The position numbers were made by a program, and so were the translations under genes. A stretch of DNA of 64,000 bases from an uncultured delta proteobacterium (GTDB lineage Bacteria; Myxococcota; Kuafuiibacteriia; Kuafuiibacteriales; Kuafuiibacteriaceae): positions 96,001-160,000 of the forward strand of contig CAWDML010000001.1 in NCBI GenBank assembly GCA_963803435.1, given 5' to 3'. Every line of letters begins with the position of its first letter. Positions within the stretch are counted from its first letter, which is position 1. Shown here one piece after another: positions 1 through 11,521 of the stretch. The notes under the pieces are model-generated. The model had not been told where the DNA came from. It worked only from the letters and a program-made list of their open reading frames with translations, and did no database searches.

Positions 1-208
1 GCGCACGAGGGCGTCCAGCTCCAGCTGTCGATGGGCTTCTGATGCCCGGTCGAGCCATGCAGCGCGCAGAGCGCGATGCGTAGGGGCGCAGGCGACGTGA
101 GGTGGGTGCAGATCCGGCTTTGCATGGTCACGTCGTTAGGGACTCGATCGGTCGCGGCTCAGCGATCGGATCTGGGTGCGTGGCGCCGAGGTGGCGCGCT
201 CCAAGTCT

Positions 209-829
209 TCACCGATCGCCGCCCCGCGGCTTGAGCAGCTCCTCTTCGGTTCGAACGGTCTGGTCCCGCATCGCGAGGACCTTCGGCTGCGTGTCCTCAC
301 GATCGAGGGGCTCCCGCTCGCGCTCCCGATCCCGATCCTTGTCCTTGCGCAGCAGCATGAGCGTCTCGCCCATGGTGCCCTCGCGCTCGCCCATCGCGTC
401 GAGCAGCTTGAAGTGCGTCTGGATCGTCGAGCGGAGGCCCGCCTCGAACTGGGCCTTCTGGCGGCGGAGCTCGTCGATGTCCTCCATGATCCGCACCAGA
501 CGGGTGTGCGCGTTCTGGATGATCTGCTCCGCCTGATGCTCCGCCTGCGCGATCACGATCTCCGCCTCCTTGCGGGCGTTCTGCTTGATGTCCTCGGTGA
601 TCTGCGTGGCCGTGAGCATGGTGTCCTTGAGCGTACGCTCGCGCTCGCGGAAGTCCTCGAGGTCGGTCTCCTTGCGGCGGATCTCCTCCTTGAGGGTGTT
701 GTTCTCCCGGACCAGCTCTTCGACGTCGTTCGCGAGGAGATCGAGGAAGGTGTCGACCTCCTTCTTGTCGAAGCCCATGAGCGCCGTTCGAAACTGCTGC
801 TGCTGGATGTCGAGCGGCGTGAGCTTCAT
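209..829 (-). CDS. divIVA: DivIVA domain cell-division protein
   Basis: N-terminus MKLTPLDIQQQQF...GFDKKEVDTFLD matches the DivIVA signature, followed by coiled coil; downstream of yggS as is typical. Confidence 0.9.
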   Translation of the reverse strand: MKLTPLDIQQQQFRTALMGFDKKEVDTFLDLLANDVEELVRENNTLKEEIRRKETDLEDFRERERTLKDTMLTATQITEDIKQNARKEAEIVIAQAEHQAEQIIQNAHTRLVRIMEDIDELRRQKAQFEAGLRSTIQTHFKLLDAMGEREGTMGETLMLLRKDKDRDREREREPLDREDTQPKVLAMRDQTVRTEEELLKPRGGDR

Positions 830-898
830 GCTGGAGCGACTCTATCGACCGGGGCCAGCCCTCGCAAACTCCGAGCGCGCTGCAATCTTTTCGACGGC

Positions 899-1558
899 TT
901 ATCGCACCCGTTCGCCGAAGATCGCGGTCCCGACGCGGACGAGAGTGGCACCCTCGGCGATCGCCTCGGGATAGTCGGCGCTCATCCCCATGGAGAGCTC
1001 GGGCAGCTCGAGCCCAACGGCGGCAGCGGCGCGATCGCGGAGCACGCGGAGAGCCGCGAACCAGCGGTGACCCTCGCCCGGCGGCGGGATGCACATGAGG
1101 CCGACGACGCGGAGATGGGCGCGACCGCGAAGCGCCTCGAGCAGCGGCACGACCTCGCTCTCTGGCGCTCCCGACTTCGAGGGCTCGCCGCTCTGGTTCA
1201 CCTCGAGCAGCACGTCGATCGGCAGCGCCGCCACCTTCTCGAGCGCGTCGGCGAGTCGGATCGAGTCGAGGGTGTGGATCACGGCCGCCTCGACCGCGCC
1301 CTTGGCCTTGTTCGTCTGGATGTGTCCGATCGCGTGCCAGCGAACGTCCGCGGGGAAGCGCGCCTTCTTCTTGACCAACTCCTGGACGTAGTTCTCGCCG
1401 AAGTCCCGGTGGCCGGCGTCGTACGCGGCCCGCACCCGGTCGTCCGGCTGCCGCTTGCTCACCGCGATCAGGCGGACCTCCGACCGCGCCCGGCCGGCCG
1501 CGCGGCAGGCCTCGCCGATCTTCTCCTCCACCCGGGACAGGTTCTCGGCGACGGTCAT
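899..1558 (-). CDS. yggS: YggS family pyridoxal-phosphate homeostasis protein
   Basis: [43 protein letters not shown] motifs. Confidence 0.95.
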   Translation of the reverse strand: MTVAENLSRVEEKIGEACRAAGRARSEVRLIAVSKRQPDDRVRAAYDAGHRDFGENYVQELVKKKARFPADVRWHAIGHIQTNKAKGAVEAAVIHTLDSIRLADALEKVAALPIDVLLEVNQSGEPSKSGAPESEVVPLLEALRGRAHLRVVGLMCIPPPGEGHRWFAALRVLRDRAAAAVGLELPELSMGMSADYPEAIAEGATLVRVGTAIFGERVR

Positions 1559-2106
1559 CCCAGCCCCATCAGCGCCAGCAGCCGCAGCGTCTCCTCGAGC
1601 GGCAGGCCCACGACGTTCGTGTAGCTCCCGCGCACCTCGGCCACCAGCGCGCCGCCTTCGCCCTGGATCCCGTAGGCACCCGCCTTGTCCATCGGCTCTC
1701 CCGAAGCCAGGTACCGCGCGATCTCCGGATCGGAGAGCGCGCGAAAGCGAACCTCGCTCGAGACCAGCTCGAAGAGGGTGTCGGGGCCACGCGCCAGGAC
1801 CACGGCGGTGTGCACGGTGTGCCAGCGGCCCGAGAGTGCGCGAAGCATCCGCGCAGCGTCCTCCGCATCCTCCGCCTTGGCGAGGATACGTCCATCGAGC
1901 GCCACCACGGTGTCGGCGGCCAGGACAGCCCGCCCCTTCGCCGCGACGGCGCGCGACTTGGCCTCCGCCACCCGCAGCCCATAGGGGATCGGCGGCTCTC
2001 CCGGCAGCGGCGTCTCATCGATGTCGGCAGCCTCGATCTCGAAGGAGAGCCCGACCGACTCCAGCAGCGTACGCCGCCGCGGCGATCTCGACGCCAGCAC
2101 GAACAT
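1555..2106 (-). CDS. maf: Maf family nucleoside triphosphate pyrophosphatase
   Basis: [29 protein letters not shown] motifs. Confidence 0.95.
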   Translation of the reverse strand: MFVLASRSPRRRTLLESVGLSFEIEAADIDETPLPGEPPIPYGLRVAEAKSRAVAAKGRAVLAADTVVALDGRILAKAEDAEDAARMLRALSGRWHTVHTAVVLARGPDTLFELVSSEVRFRALSDPEIARYLASGEPMDKAGAYGIQGEGGALVAEVRGSYTNVVGLPLEETLRLLALMGLG

Positions 2107-2144
2107 CTCCCCCGGATGCCACGTGTTGAGCCCCGCGAACAGGG

Positions 2145-2978
2145 GTGATAGCCCAGCGGCTGATGGGGCCCTTCAAGGACAAACGCTTCGCGGTCATCGG
2201 CGCGGGCAACATGGGGCTCGCGCTCGTGCGCGGCCTGGTCGACAGCGGTGTCGCCCCCGACCACGTCACGGTCACCAACAAGCGCGCCGCGCGGTCGCAG
2301 GACCTCGCAGCCCACTACGGCGTCAAGGCCGGCGCCACCAACGGCGAGGCCGCCCGTACCGCAGAGATCGTGATCCTCTCCATCAAGCCGCAGATCTTCT
2401 CCAAGATCCTTCCCGAGATCCGCCACGAGCTCGGCGACGCGCTCGTCATCTCGATCGCCGCCGGCGTCACCACCGAACGGATCGAGCGCGAGCTGGAGCC
2501 GGGTGCCCGCGTCATCCGCGCCATGCCGAACACGCCGGCCACGATCAAGCAGGCGGCCACGGCGCTCTCGCCCGGCACGCACGCCACCCCGGAGGACATG
2601 GAGCTGGCCGTGGCCGTCTTCGAGGAGATCGGGCGGGTCGCGGTCGTCGACGAGATCCACCTCGACGCGGTCACCGGCCTCTGCGGCAGCGGCCCCGCCT
2701 ACGTCTTCCTCATCATCGAGGCGTTCGCCGACGCCGGCGTGAAGGTCGGGCTCTCGCGAGAGATCGCCACCGAGCTGGCGGTGCAGACGATCCAGGGCTC
2801 GGCGAGGCTCCTCCAGATCACGAAGGAGCACCCGGGCAAGCTCAAGGATCAGGTGACGTCGCCGGGCGGGACCGCGATCGCCGGGTTGCACACGCTCGAG
2901 GAGGGTGGGCTCCGGACCACGATCATGAACGCGGTCGAGGCCGCCACCAAACGTTCGAGAGAGCTCGGTCAGGAGTGA
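2145..2978 (+). CDS. proC: pyrroline-5-carboxylate reductase
   Basis: IGAGNMG, RAMPNTP, GSGPAY, VTSPGGT motifs. Confidence 0.95.
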   Translation: MIAQRLMGPFKDKRFAVIGAGNMGLALVRGLVDSGVAPDHVTVTNKRAARSQDLAAHYGVKAGATNGEAARTAEIVILSIKPQIFSKILPEIRHELGDALVISIAAGVTTERIERELEPGARVIRAMPNTPATIKQAATALSPGTHATPEDMELAVAVFEEIGRVAVVDEIHLDAVTGLCGSGPAYVFLIIEAFADAGVKVGLSREIATELAVQTIQGSARLLQITKEHPGKLKDQVTSPGGTAIAGLHTLEEGGLRTTIMNAVEAATKRSRELGQE

Positions 2979-2987
2979 GCGCGTCGC

Positions 2988-3440
2988 TCACGCGGTCCCT
3001 GGCCGGACCGCCTCGCCGTCGATCCGCAAGAAGACCCCGTCCTCGTCCTCCTCGACGATCGGCTCCAGCTGGATCATCGCCGCGCGGCTGAGCTCCGCCG
3101 GCATCGTGCCCGCCCGCACGCGGCAGGTGAGCCGCCCCTCCAGATCGGTCGAAAGCGTCGAGGGATCGAGGGTCTCCGTCCGTCCGTCGGAGAGCGAAAG
3201 CTCGATTCGGTCCGCAAGGATCCGGACCGCCCGCACGAAGATCGGTGCCCCTTCGATCTCCACGTACGCCCAGTTCACGGAGTTCTTCAGGCAATAGCGG
3301 CCGTCCGGGGCGCGGTCGATCCACCGATCGAACGCGGAGGCCACCGCAGGGTTCGTCACGGGCGCTTCCCCGTCGAACCAGCGCCCGTGACGGTCCCGCC
3401 GGATCTTGGTCTCCCGCGAGAAGCCTGGTGGCACGTCCAC
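2988..3440 (-). CDS. DUF1285-like hypothetical protein
   Basis: IRRDRHGRWF...YVEIEGAPIFV pattern resembles DUF1285; plausible codon usage. Confidence 0.6.
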   Translation of the reverse strand: MDVPPGFSRETKIRRDRHGRWFDGEAPVTNPAVASAFDRWIDRAPDGRYCLKNSVNWAYVEIEGAPIFVRAVRILADRIELSLSDGRTETLDPSTLSTDLEGRLTCRVRAGTMPAELSRAAMIQLEPIVEEDEDGVFLRIDGEAVRPGTA

Positions 3441-3488
3441 GCCTCGATCATAACAAGCCGGCGCGGTCTCGTGTTATGCACACTCGTC

Positions 3489-6400
3489 GTGGAGCCAGGC
3501 GAGACCATCGTCGGGCGCTTCCAGATCGAGCGCGAGGTCGGCGCGGGCGGGATGGGCACGGTCTTTTCCGCCCTCGATCTGGAGACCGGCGCCAGGGTCG
3601 CGGTCAAGCGGCTCGACATCAAGACCAAGACCGACTCGGAGCGCTTCGCCCGCGAGGCGGTGCTGCTGGCGGGGCTCCACCACCCGGGGATCGTCCGCTA
3701 CGTCGCCCACGGACAGAGCGAGCGCGGCGAAGACTTCATCGCGATGGAGTGGCTCGAGGGCAAGACGCTCGCGGATCGTCTGATCGAAGGGCCGCTCACG
3801 ATGCTCGAGACCGTCCAGCTGGGCACGCGCATCGCCTCCGCGCTGGCGGAGGCGCACCAGCGCGGCGTCGTCCATCGTGACATCAAGCCGCCCAACCTCT
3901 TTCTGCCCGACGGAGACATCGCACGGGTCAAGCTGCTCGACTTCGGCGTCGCGCGCCTCACCGGTCTGACCGCGACCCACTCGACGATGACCCGCACCGG
4001 AGCGCTGATCGGAACGCCGGGCTACATGGCCCCCGAGCAGGCGCGCGGAGACAAGGAGCTCGACGCGCGCGCCGACCTCTTCTCCGTCGGATCGGTCCTC
4101 TTCCAGTGCCTCACCGGCAAGGCGCCGTTCTCGGGCCCGAACATCATGGCGGTCCTGGCCAAGAATCCTCCTCGAGGAGGCGCCGCGCGTTCGCGAGCTT
4201 CGACCCGACGTCCCCGCCGCGCTCGACGACCTGGTCGCGCGCCTGCTGGCGAAGGAGCCCGCCGGCCGCCCCGAGAGCATCGAGGAGGTCGGGCGCGCGC
4301 TGGCCGCCATCTCGTTCGGCGATCTCCAGCGCGGGAGCCCCTATTTCCCCACGCGGGATCACGAAGCGCCCACCAAGCCGCCCGCGCTCACCGACAGCGA
4401 GCAGCGCCTGCTCTGCGTCGTGCTGGCCGGCGACATGGAGGGGACCGGCGACACCTGGAGCCCCGGTCAGGTGACCACCGCGGCGCGCGACATCACCAAG
4501 ATCGTCCAAGGACTCGGCGGTCAGATCGATCGGCTGCTCGACGGCTCCACATTGATCCACTTCGCGGGCAGCGGCGCCGCCACGGATCTCGCGGGCGACG
4601 CCGCCCGCTGTGCGATCGCGATCCGGTCCACCTACGGCGATACGCCCGTGGTGCTGGCCACCGGCCGCGGCGAGGTCTCCCGAAGGATGCCGGTGGGCGA
4701 GGTGATCGATCGTGCGGCCCGCACGCTCGAGGCGGCGGGCGGTCGTCACGTCCGCATCGACGCCGTCAGCGCGGGACTGCTCGAGCTCAACTTCGAGATC
4801 GGCGCCGACGCCGCCGGCTGGTTCCTGATCCGTGAGAAGGAGGGCGTGACCGGCGTCCGCACCCTGCTCGGGAAGCCGACCAAGCTGGTCGGGCGCGATC
4901 GCGAGCTGGTGACGCTGGAGGCCACCTTCACCGAAGTGACCGAGGAGCCGGTCGCGCGCGCGGTCATCATCACCGGCGCGCCGGGGATGGGAAAGTCGCG
5001 ACTCGCCCACGAGTTCCTCAAGCGCACCCGCGCGCGTGAAGAGACGCCGGCGATCCTGGCGGCCCGCGGCGACGCCCACCGCTCCAGCCTGGCCTTCGGC
5101 ATGCTCGCCAGCGCGCTCCGTCGCGAGGCGGGGATCGGTGACGGCGAGGCGATCGAGAGCCAGCGCGAGAAGCTCGCCGAGTGGATCGCGCGCCGGGTCC
5201 CGGCCGCGGATCGACGCCGCGTCACCGCCTTCCTCGGCGAGGTCGCCAACATCGCGTTCGGCGACGACTGGTACGACGGCCTCAAGGCGGCCCGCGCCGA
5301 CGCGATCCTGATGGGCGACGCCATGCGCACCGCCTGGCTCGACTGGCTCGACGCCGAGCTCCAGCACGGCCCGATGCTGATGATCTTGGAGGAGCTCCAC
5401 TGGTGCGATCTCCCCACGGTCCGCTTCGTCGACGCCGCGCTCAAGCGTTTCAGCGACGCGGCCCTGATGGTGCTCGCCCTCGCCCGCCCGTCGGTGAAGG
5501 AGCGCTTTCCCAGCCTCTGGTCGGGCGCCGACCCGATGGAGCTCAACCTCGGCGCACTCACCAAGCGGGCCACCGAGAAGCTGATCAGGCAGGTGCTCGA
5601 GGATGCGGAGCCCAAGACGATCGCGCTGATCATCGAGCGCGGCGAGGGCAATCCGTTCATCATCGAAGAGCTGGTGCGTGCGCTGGCCGCCGGCCGCGAA
5701 GGGGAGCTGCCCGACAGCATCCTCGGCATGGTGCAGGCGCGCCTGGACGCCCTTGGCTCTCCCGCCAAGCGCGTGCTGCGGGCCGCCAGCGTCTTCGGAA
5801 ACACGTTCTGGCGGGGCTCTGTGCTGGCGCTGCTCGGCGGCTCCGACTCCACGTCGAGCGTCACCGAGTGGCTCGAGGAGCTGGTCCAGCGCGAGATCAT
5901 CGTAGGGAGCGCGCGCTCCATCTTCCCCGGCGAGGTCGAGTTCAACTTCCGCAACACCACGGTGCGCGACGCTGCCTACGCGATGCTGACCGATCGGGAT
6001 CGAAGCCTCGGCCATCGCCTGGCGGGCCAGTGGCTGGAGAGCTCCGGTCAGCGCGACGCGATCGTACTGGCGGGACACTTCGACCGCGGCGGCGAGAACG
6101 AGAAGGCGATCGGTTTCTACCTGCGCGCAGCCGAGCAGGCGCTCGAAGGCAACGACTTCGCCGTCGCCATTCACTGCGCCGAGCGCGGCGTAGCCCTGGG
6201 CGCGGAGCTCGAGTCGCTGGGTCGATTGGAGCTCACCCGCGCCATCGCACACTACTGGCTGGGTGAGGTCGAGGCGACCATCGAGGCCGCCACGCAAGCC
6301 AGCTTGCATCTGGCGCAGGGCAACCCGAGCTGGTTCCGCGCGGTCGCCGATCTGCTCTCGTCGCTCCTGCGCAGCGGCGATCTCGATCGGTTGGAGTCCT

Positions 6401-7395
6401 GGATCGAGCGGGCCGCCACCGCCTCACCCACAGAGGACGCCATCAACGCCCAGGAGATCTGTCTGGCGCGCACCGCCGAGCACCTGCTCGTGCTGGGCCA
6501 CTACGCGCTCTCCGAGAAGCTCTTCGCCCGCGTCGACGCGCTGGCCGAGCAGCCCGGTCTCGAGCCGCTGGCCCTCGCGCGCGTCTACCGCGCCCGGGCC
6601 CGCCGCGCGCTCCACCACGGAGATCCGTGCGCATACGCAGTCGGGCTCGAGGCCGCGTACCAGACGTTCGAGCAGGCGGGCGACGCGCGCAACGCCTGCA
6701 ACGAGCGGATGAACACCGGCTTCGCGCTCGCAGAGCTCGGCGAGTACGAGCAGGCGGAGGAGGCGCTGTCGAGCGCGCGCGCTGCCGCGGTGAAGATGAA
6801 CCTCGAGCACGTGATCGCCTGGGCCGACAACAACCTCGGTAACGTGCTGGCGCTCTCGGATCCCGAGCAGGCGCGCCGAGTCGAGCAGCGCGCGATCGAC
6901 GCGGGCGTCGAGCAGAAGGACCCTCGCCTCGAGGGCACCTCCCGCATCTACATGTCCGGGATCCTCCACCGGCTGGGCGATCACGTGGCCGCCGCCCGCG
7001 AGGCCGAGCTGGCCGTGGTCTTGCTCGCGAACCTGACCTCGCTCAAGACGGTGGCGCTGGCCGCCCACGCCCGCGCGCTGCTCGGGCTCGGGCAGGTCGA
7101 GCCGGCCCTGGCGGCCGCCGGCGAGGCGCTGACGCACCTGGAGACGCTCGGAGGTCTCGAGGAGGGCGAGGCGCTGGTTCGACTGGTCTGGGCGGAGGCT
7201 CTCGACGCCGCCGATCGCGAGGAGGAGGCGAAGGAAGCGCTCCAGACCGCACGTGATCGCCTGTACGCGCGGGCCGCCCGCATCAGCAACGTCACCTGGC
7301 GCGTCACTTTCCTCGACCGTGTCCCGGATCATGCCCGCACGCTGGAGCTCGCCAGCGCCGTCGGCCTTGACGATTCGCCGACTCTCCGGGATTGA
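3489..7395 (+). CDS. Ser/Thr protein kinase fused to AAA (STAND-type) ATPase and TPR-like repeats; one +1 frameshift at ~4164
   Basis: GAGGMG, HRDIKPPN, DFG, YMAPEQ in ORF 3387..4835; VGRDREL, GAPGMGKS, GNPF in ORF 4420..7395; removing one A at AAGAATCCTC joins the frames. Confidence 0.85.
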
Positions 7396-7401
7396 GCATC
7401 G

Positions 7402-8808
7402 ATGCAGCGCATCGCCCCGGTCGTGCTCCTCACTCTGTTCGCCTGCAAGGACACGATCGAGGCCGACTTCACGGGCGTCAACCTGAGCACCACCTACCCG
7501 ACCGGCCTCGGGATCGATCGGCTGTCGATCTCCGCGGACGCGGGCGACGGCTGGCCGAAGGTCGTCCCGCTGACGCCGACCGCCGAAATGGGCACCGAGA
7601 CACTCACCGCCACGCTGATCTTGATGAAGGAGCTCGCCGGTCAGCGCGTCACCTTCCGCATCGACGGCGCCAAGGAGGAAGGGATCGTCGCCACCGGCAG
7701 GACCCACGCGCGGATCCGGCTCGGGCTCATCATCACCGCCACCGTCGCGCTCGGCGTCCCTGACAACTGCGGCGACGGCGCCGTCGATCCCGCCGAGCAG
7801 TGCGACGACGGCAACACCCGCACCGGCGACGGCTGCGCGCCCAGCTGTGTGCTCGAGACCGGCTTCGTCTGCATCGGCTCGCCCAGCGAGTGCTTCGTCG
7901 AGGCGCGCACGGCCGTCGTCGACCAGAGCGCCGCCGTCTGTCCCGGCCAGGGCACCGGCGGCTCGCCGTTCTGCACCCTCGCCAGCGGCGTGGCCGCCCC
8001 GTGGGCCTCGACGGTGGCGGTGAAGGCCGGCATCTACAGCGAGCCCCCGATCACGATGCAGCGCGACCTCGAGCTCATCGGCGCCCCCGGCGCGATCCTC
8101 GAGATCGGTGCCTCCCCCGCGATCCGCATCTCCACCACCCGCGCCCTGGTCCGCGGGCTCGAGCTCCGCGGCGCCAGCGGCATCGGCGGCGGCATCACCG
8201 TCGAGGGCCCCGACGCGATGGTCGAGCTCACGGGCAACACCATCGGCCCCGGCAACACCATCGGCATCGACATCGGCCCCGGCGTCTTCGCCCGCATCGA
8301 GAAGAACCGCATCCACGCCCACGCCGGCGGAGGCCTCCGCCTCGCCACCGACGTCGGCTACATCGTTCGCAACAACCTGATCCTGGACAACGGCTCCCCC
8401 CAATCCGCCCTCGGCGGCGTCTCCCTCGAGCTCGCCCCCGCCAACTCCATCTTCGCGAACAACACCCTCGCCGGAAACACCGCCCGAACCAGCACCACCG
8501 CCGCCCTCGCCTGCGCCCCTGAAGCGACCATCGTCAACTCGATCCTCTGGGATCAGACCGAACCGCCCCCCTGCGACCTCACCTTCTCCGACGTCGGGCC
8601 GATCGGCACCAGCACGGCCCCGCTCGGTGAGGGCAGCTTCTCCATGGATCCGCTCCTCGACGACGACGGCTTTCTCACCGCCGGCTCCCCGTGCATCGAC
8701 GCCGGCGACCCCCGCAGCATCGCCGAGGGCGTCGCACCCCTCGAGGACATCGAGGGCGACATCCGGCCGCAGGGCTCAGGGATCGACGTGGGCGCGGACG
8801 AGCGCTGA
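7402..8808 (+). CDS. lipoprotein with myxobacterial disulfide (CGDG...CDDGN) repeat and right-handed beta-helix
   Basis: lipobox LFAC; CGDGAVDPAEQCDDGNTRTGDGC repeat; NNLI/NNTL beta-helix; C-terminal SPCIDAG...DVGADE. Confidence 0.8.
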   Translation: MQRIAPVVLLTLFACKDTIEADFTGVNLSTTYPTGLGIDRLSISADAGDGWPKVVPLTPTAEMGTETLTATLILMKELAGQRVTFRIDGAKEEGIVATGRTHARIRLGLIITATVALGVPDNCGDGAVDPAEQCDDGNTRTGDGCAPSCVLETGFVCIGSPSECFVEARTAVVDQSAAVCPGQGTGGSPFCTLASGVAAPWASTVAVKAGIYSEPPITMQRDLELIGAPGAILEIGASPAIRISTTRALVRGLELRGASGIGGGITVEGPDAMVELTGNTIGPGNTIGIDIGPGVFARIEKNRIHAHAGGGLRLATDVGYIVRNNLILDNGSPQSALGGVSLELAPANSIFANNTLAGNTARTSTTAALACAPEATIVNSILWDQTEPPPCDLTFSDVGPIGTSTAPLGEGSFSMDPLLDDDGFLTAGSPCIDAGDPRSIAEGVAPLEDIEGDIRPQGSGIDVGADER

Positions 8809-8931
8809 GCGCCCTCGCCCGGTCGATGCCGGTGCTTCGTTCGGAGCGATGCGGGCAGGGGGAGGATGAGGTCCGATCGCGCGCGAGCGCGGGTGTGGCG
8901 GCTCGCTCGAAGGTGACATCGGTGGCGCTCC

Positions 8932-8984
8932 GATGGGTGGGGATCGGACTGTGCCGCGCGAGCCGGACCCGATCCCCACCCGTC
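8932..8984. repeat. 16-bp inverted repeat (hairpin) in the intergenic region between convergent genes
   Basis: GATGGGTGGGGATCGG (8932-8947) pairs with CCGATCCCCACCCGTC (8969-8984), one G-U pair. Confidence 0.75.
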
Positions 8985-9111
8985 AGTGCCAAAAGCAGCA
9001 AACGAACGCGCGCACCACCCGACGAAGTGCGCACGTCCCCCGCCGCTCGCCTTCGCTCTGAAGACGGCGGAAGGAACGCGAGAGAGAGCCCGCCTCGGGA
9101 CCACCGCGCCC

Positions 9112-10131
9112 TCAGGGTCGGAGCGCCTCGAACGCTCGGAGGAAGTTCCTCCCCAGCGCCTTCTCGATCCATCCGCTGGGCCAGCGGTCGTCGAGCATGA
9201 GCTGCACCAGCCGGGGGTAAGCGGCGGCGCCGGCGAGGAGCTCGTGGGGGGGCGTGATCGCGCCGTCGTAGTCGCTACCGATCGAGACGAAGTCGTCTCC
9301 GACCGTCTCGATGACGTGGCGCATGTGGGCCACCACTGCGCGGCCGCCGGTGCCGAGGAAGTTTTGGGAGAAGATGATCCCGATGGTGCCGCCGGTCTCT
9401 GCGATAGCGCGGAGCTGTCGGTCGTCGAGGTTACGCCAGTGCGGCTTCACGCCGTCGACGCCGGTGTGGGTCGCGATGAGGGGGAGGGATCGGTCGTGGA
9501 CCTCGACCGCGTCCCAGAAGCCGTCGGGATGGATGTGGGCCAGGTCGACGAAGATCCGGGCCGCGTCGAGCTGCTCGACGAGCGTCCGGCCCCACCGCGT
9601 CAGGCCCTTCTGCGAGCGGGCGTGGTGGAAGGGCGCCGAGGTTCCGCCGATGGCGGAGCTCAAGAGGTGGACCAGCGTGACCCGCGTGATCGCGCGATCG
9701 GGGATCGACGCCGCGCCCTCGGGGGCTGCGTCGAGGCAGTTGCCGCCTTGGACCGCGATCATCGAGGCGTGGGCTCCGCCGGCGCGGGCGGCGCGATACT
9801 CGGACAGCGTGCGGGCCGCGCGGAGCCGGCCGCCGGTGTCGGCGATCGCGCGCTGGAGGGCAGAGAGGTTCTCGAGGAACGCGCGCCAGCGGCCGGCGGC
9901 CGAGCGGAACGGGTTGGTGGTGATGGACCACATCGCGCCGGTGAGCCCCCCCTCCTCGATGCGCGGGAGATCGACGTGGCCGAAGAAGCGCCCGCGCAGC
10001 AGGCCCTCGCCGTGATAGCGCGCGAGCTCCCATCCGAACAGCCGCATGGAGATGAACGTGTCGAGGTGGAGATCGATCACGTCGAGCTCTCTCACGATCT
10101 GGAGGGCCTCCTTCGACACCGGCAACGCCAC
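9112..10131 (-). CDS. membrane (renal-type, M19) dipeptidase
   Basis: DLHLD, GHVDLPRI..GG, VDLAH, ATHTG, RNLDD, GSDYDG motifs. Confidence 0.9.
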   Translation of the reverse strand: MALPVSKEALQIVRELDVIDLHLDTFISMRLFGWELARYHGEGLLRGRFFGHVDLPRIEEGGLTGAMWSITTNPFRSAAGRWRAFLENLSALQRAIADTGGRLRAARTLSEYRAARAGGAHASMIAVQGGNCLDAAPEGAASIPDRAITRVTLVHLLSSAIGGTSAPFHHARSQKGLTRWGRTLVEQLDAARIFVDLAHIHPDGFWDAVEVHDRSLPLIATHTGVDGVKPHWRNLDDRQLRAIAETGGTIGIIFSQNFLGTGGRAVVAHMRHVIETVGDDFVSIGSDYDGAITPPHELLAGAAAYPRLVQLMLDDRWPSGWIEKALGRNFLRAFEALRP

Positions 10132-10236
10132 GCCCTCTGTCTACGATCCGCAGACACCGCCGTCCACGCCGTTGACAGCCGGGACGCGATCGAAACGCGG
10201 CCGGCGCCGGCACGGATCGAGCAAAGGTCCGGCCTC

Positions 10237-10845
10237 ATGAGCGGATCAAACTCACTCCTCTTGGGTTTCATCGAGGTCGGCCAGGCGGTGCGCCGTCCCG
10301 AGCGCCTCGCGTGTCGCTGGCGCGATCGGGATCGCGCTCCCGGGGAGGCGCCGCCCTCCTCCGTCTTCCCCGCGCTGCTCGTGACCTCGGTGCTCGGCCT
10401 GGCGGCGTACGGGCTCACCATGGGCCTCCACATCGGCAGCGCCGCGATGCTCATGGCCGCCGCCAAGGCGCCCTTCGCCGCCGGCACCGCCTGGACCATC
10501 GCGCTGCCCTCGCTCTACATCCTGAACACGGGCTTCGGCTCCAAGCTGGACGCCTCCACCACCGCGCTGGCCGCGCTCACCACCTGCGCGTTCGGTGCGC
10601 TGGCGATGCTGGCCAGCGTGCCGGTCAACTGGTTCTTCACCTTGGCCGTCCCGATCGCGGGCGTTCGCTGGCTGGTGAACATCGTCGTCTTCGCCGGGGT
10701 TGGCGTGGCGATGAACGATACCTTCTTCCGCGTGATGGCCGCGCTCGAGCCGGAGCGGAGCCGGGGCGTCGCGTTCCTCTGGCTGGGCCTCGTCGGCCTC
10801 ATCGGCGCCGAGCTGATGAGCCTGCTCGGTCTATTCAACTTCTGA
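10237..10845 (+). CDS. multi-pass membrane protein (paralogue 1)
   Basis: ATG 10237 inside ORF 8986..10845; about 5 hydrophobic segments; LPSLY motif shared with next gene. Confidence 0.75.
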   Translation: MSGSNSLLLGFIEVGQAVRRPERLACRWRDRDRAPGEAPPSSVFPALLVTSVLGLAAYGLTMGLHIGSAAMLMAAAKAPFAAGTAWTIALPSLYILNTGFGSKLDASTTALAALTTCAFGALAMLASVPVNWFFTLAVPIAGVRWLVNIVVFAGVGVAMNDTFFRVMAALEPERSRGVAFLWLGLVGLIGAELMSLLGLFNF

Positions 10846-10856
10846 GGAGTCACATC

Positions 10857-11513
10857 ATGTCGATCACCGAGACCACCACCATCCCCGGCCCCTTCGAGCT
10901 GATCCTCCGCGGACAGTACAAGCTCAACCTGTTGCTCGAGGATGAGAAGAACCACCTCCCGATCATCCGCAAGCTCCTCCTGATCTCGATCCTGGGTCTG
11001 GCCGCCCAGGGCTTCACGGCCGCGCTCGCCTGGCAGCTCCTCGAGCTCCAGCCGCTCGGCTGGATCACGGTGTGGATGCCAGCCGCCTTCGTGATCGCGT
11101 TCCTGGGCGCGCTCTCGATCTGCCTGCCGAGCTTCTACTTCTACACGCAGCTCTCCGGGCTCGACGCCTCCTTCAGGCTGGTGACGGCGCAGGCGCTCCG
11201 CACCCAGGCCACCACTTCGGTCTATCTGTTCGGCGTCCTACCGTTCTACCTGGCGCTCGCGCTCACCAGCGCGGTCACACACGCCGTGTCTCCCGACGTC
11301 GTCCGCATGGTGGGCTTCGTGGCGCCGTTCGTCGTCGGGCTGACGGGGCTCGTCGCGCTGTACCGCGGCTTTCGCCACCTCTTGACGCACCTCGAGATCA
11401 CGCACGTCCGGCGCGGCGCGTTTTTGCTCCGCATGCTGGTCGCGTGGTCGCTGGTCTACACGGCGGTCGCACCCGTCGCCCTTTACCGCGCGGTCACCGC
11501 GCTGCCGCTCTGA
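10857..11513 (+). CDS. multi-pass membrane protein (paralogue 2)
   Basis: RBS GAGGAG then ATG 10857; about 5 TM segments; CLPSFYFY motif. Confidence 0.8.
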   Translation: MSITETTTIPGPFELILRGQYKLNLLLEDEKNHLPIIRKLLLISILGLAAQGFTAALAWQLLELQPLGWITVWMPAAFVIAFLGALSICLPSFYFYTQLSGLDASFRLVTAQALRTQATTSVYLFGVLPFYLALALTSAVTHAVSPDVVRMVGFVAPFVVGLTGLVALYRGFRHLLTHLEITHVRRGAFLLRMLVAWSLVYTAVAPVALYRAVTALPL

Positions 11514-11521
11514 GGATCACC

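Noticed and set aside
1-130. Possible N-terminus of a DUF167/YggU gene on the minus strand (..LELDALVR)
   Set aside because: Context after divIVA fits, but no in-frame start is found before a TAA and the gene is cut by the window edge
310-345. Hexamer-like repeats in divIVA (DKDRDRERERE)
   Set aside because: Low-complexity coding sequence, not flanked by element ends
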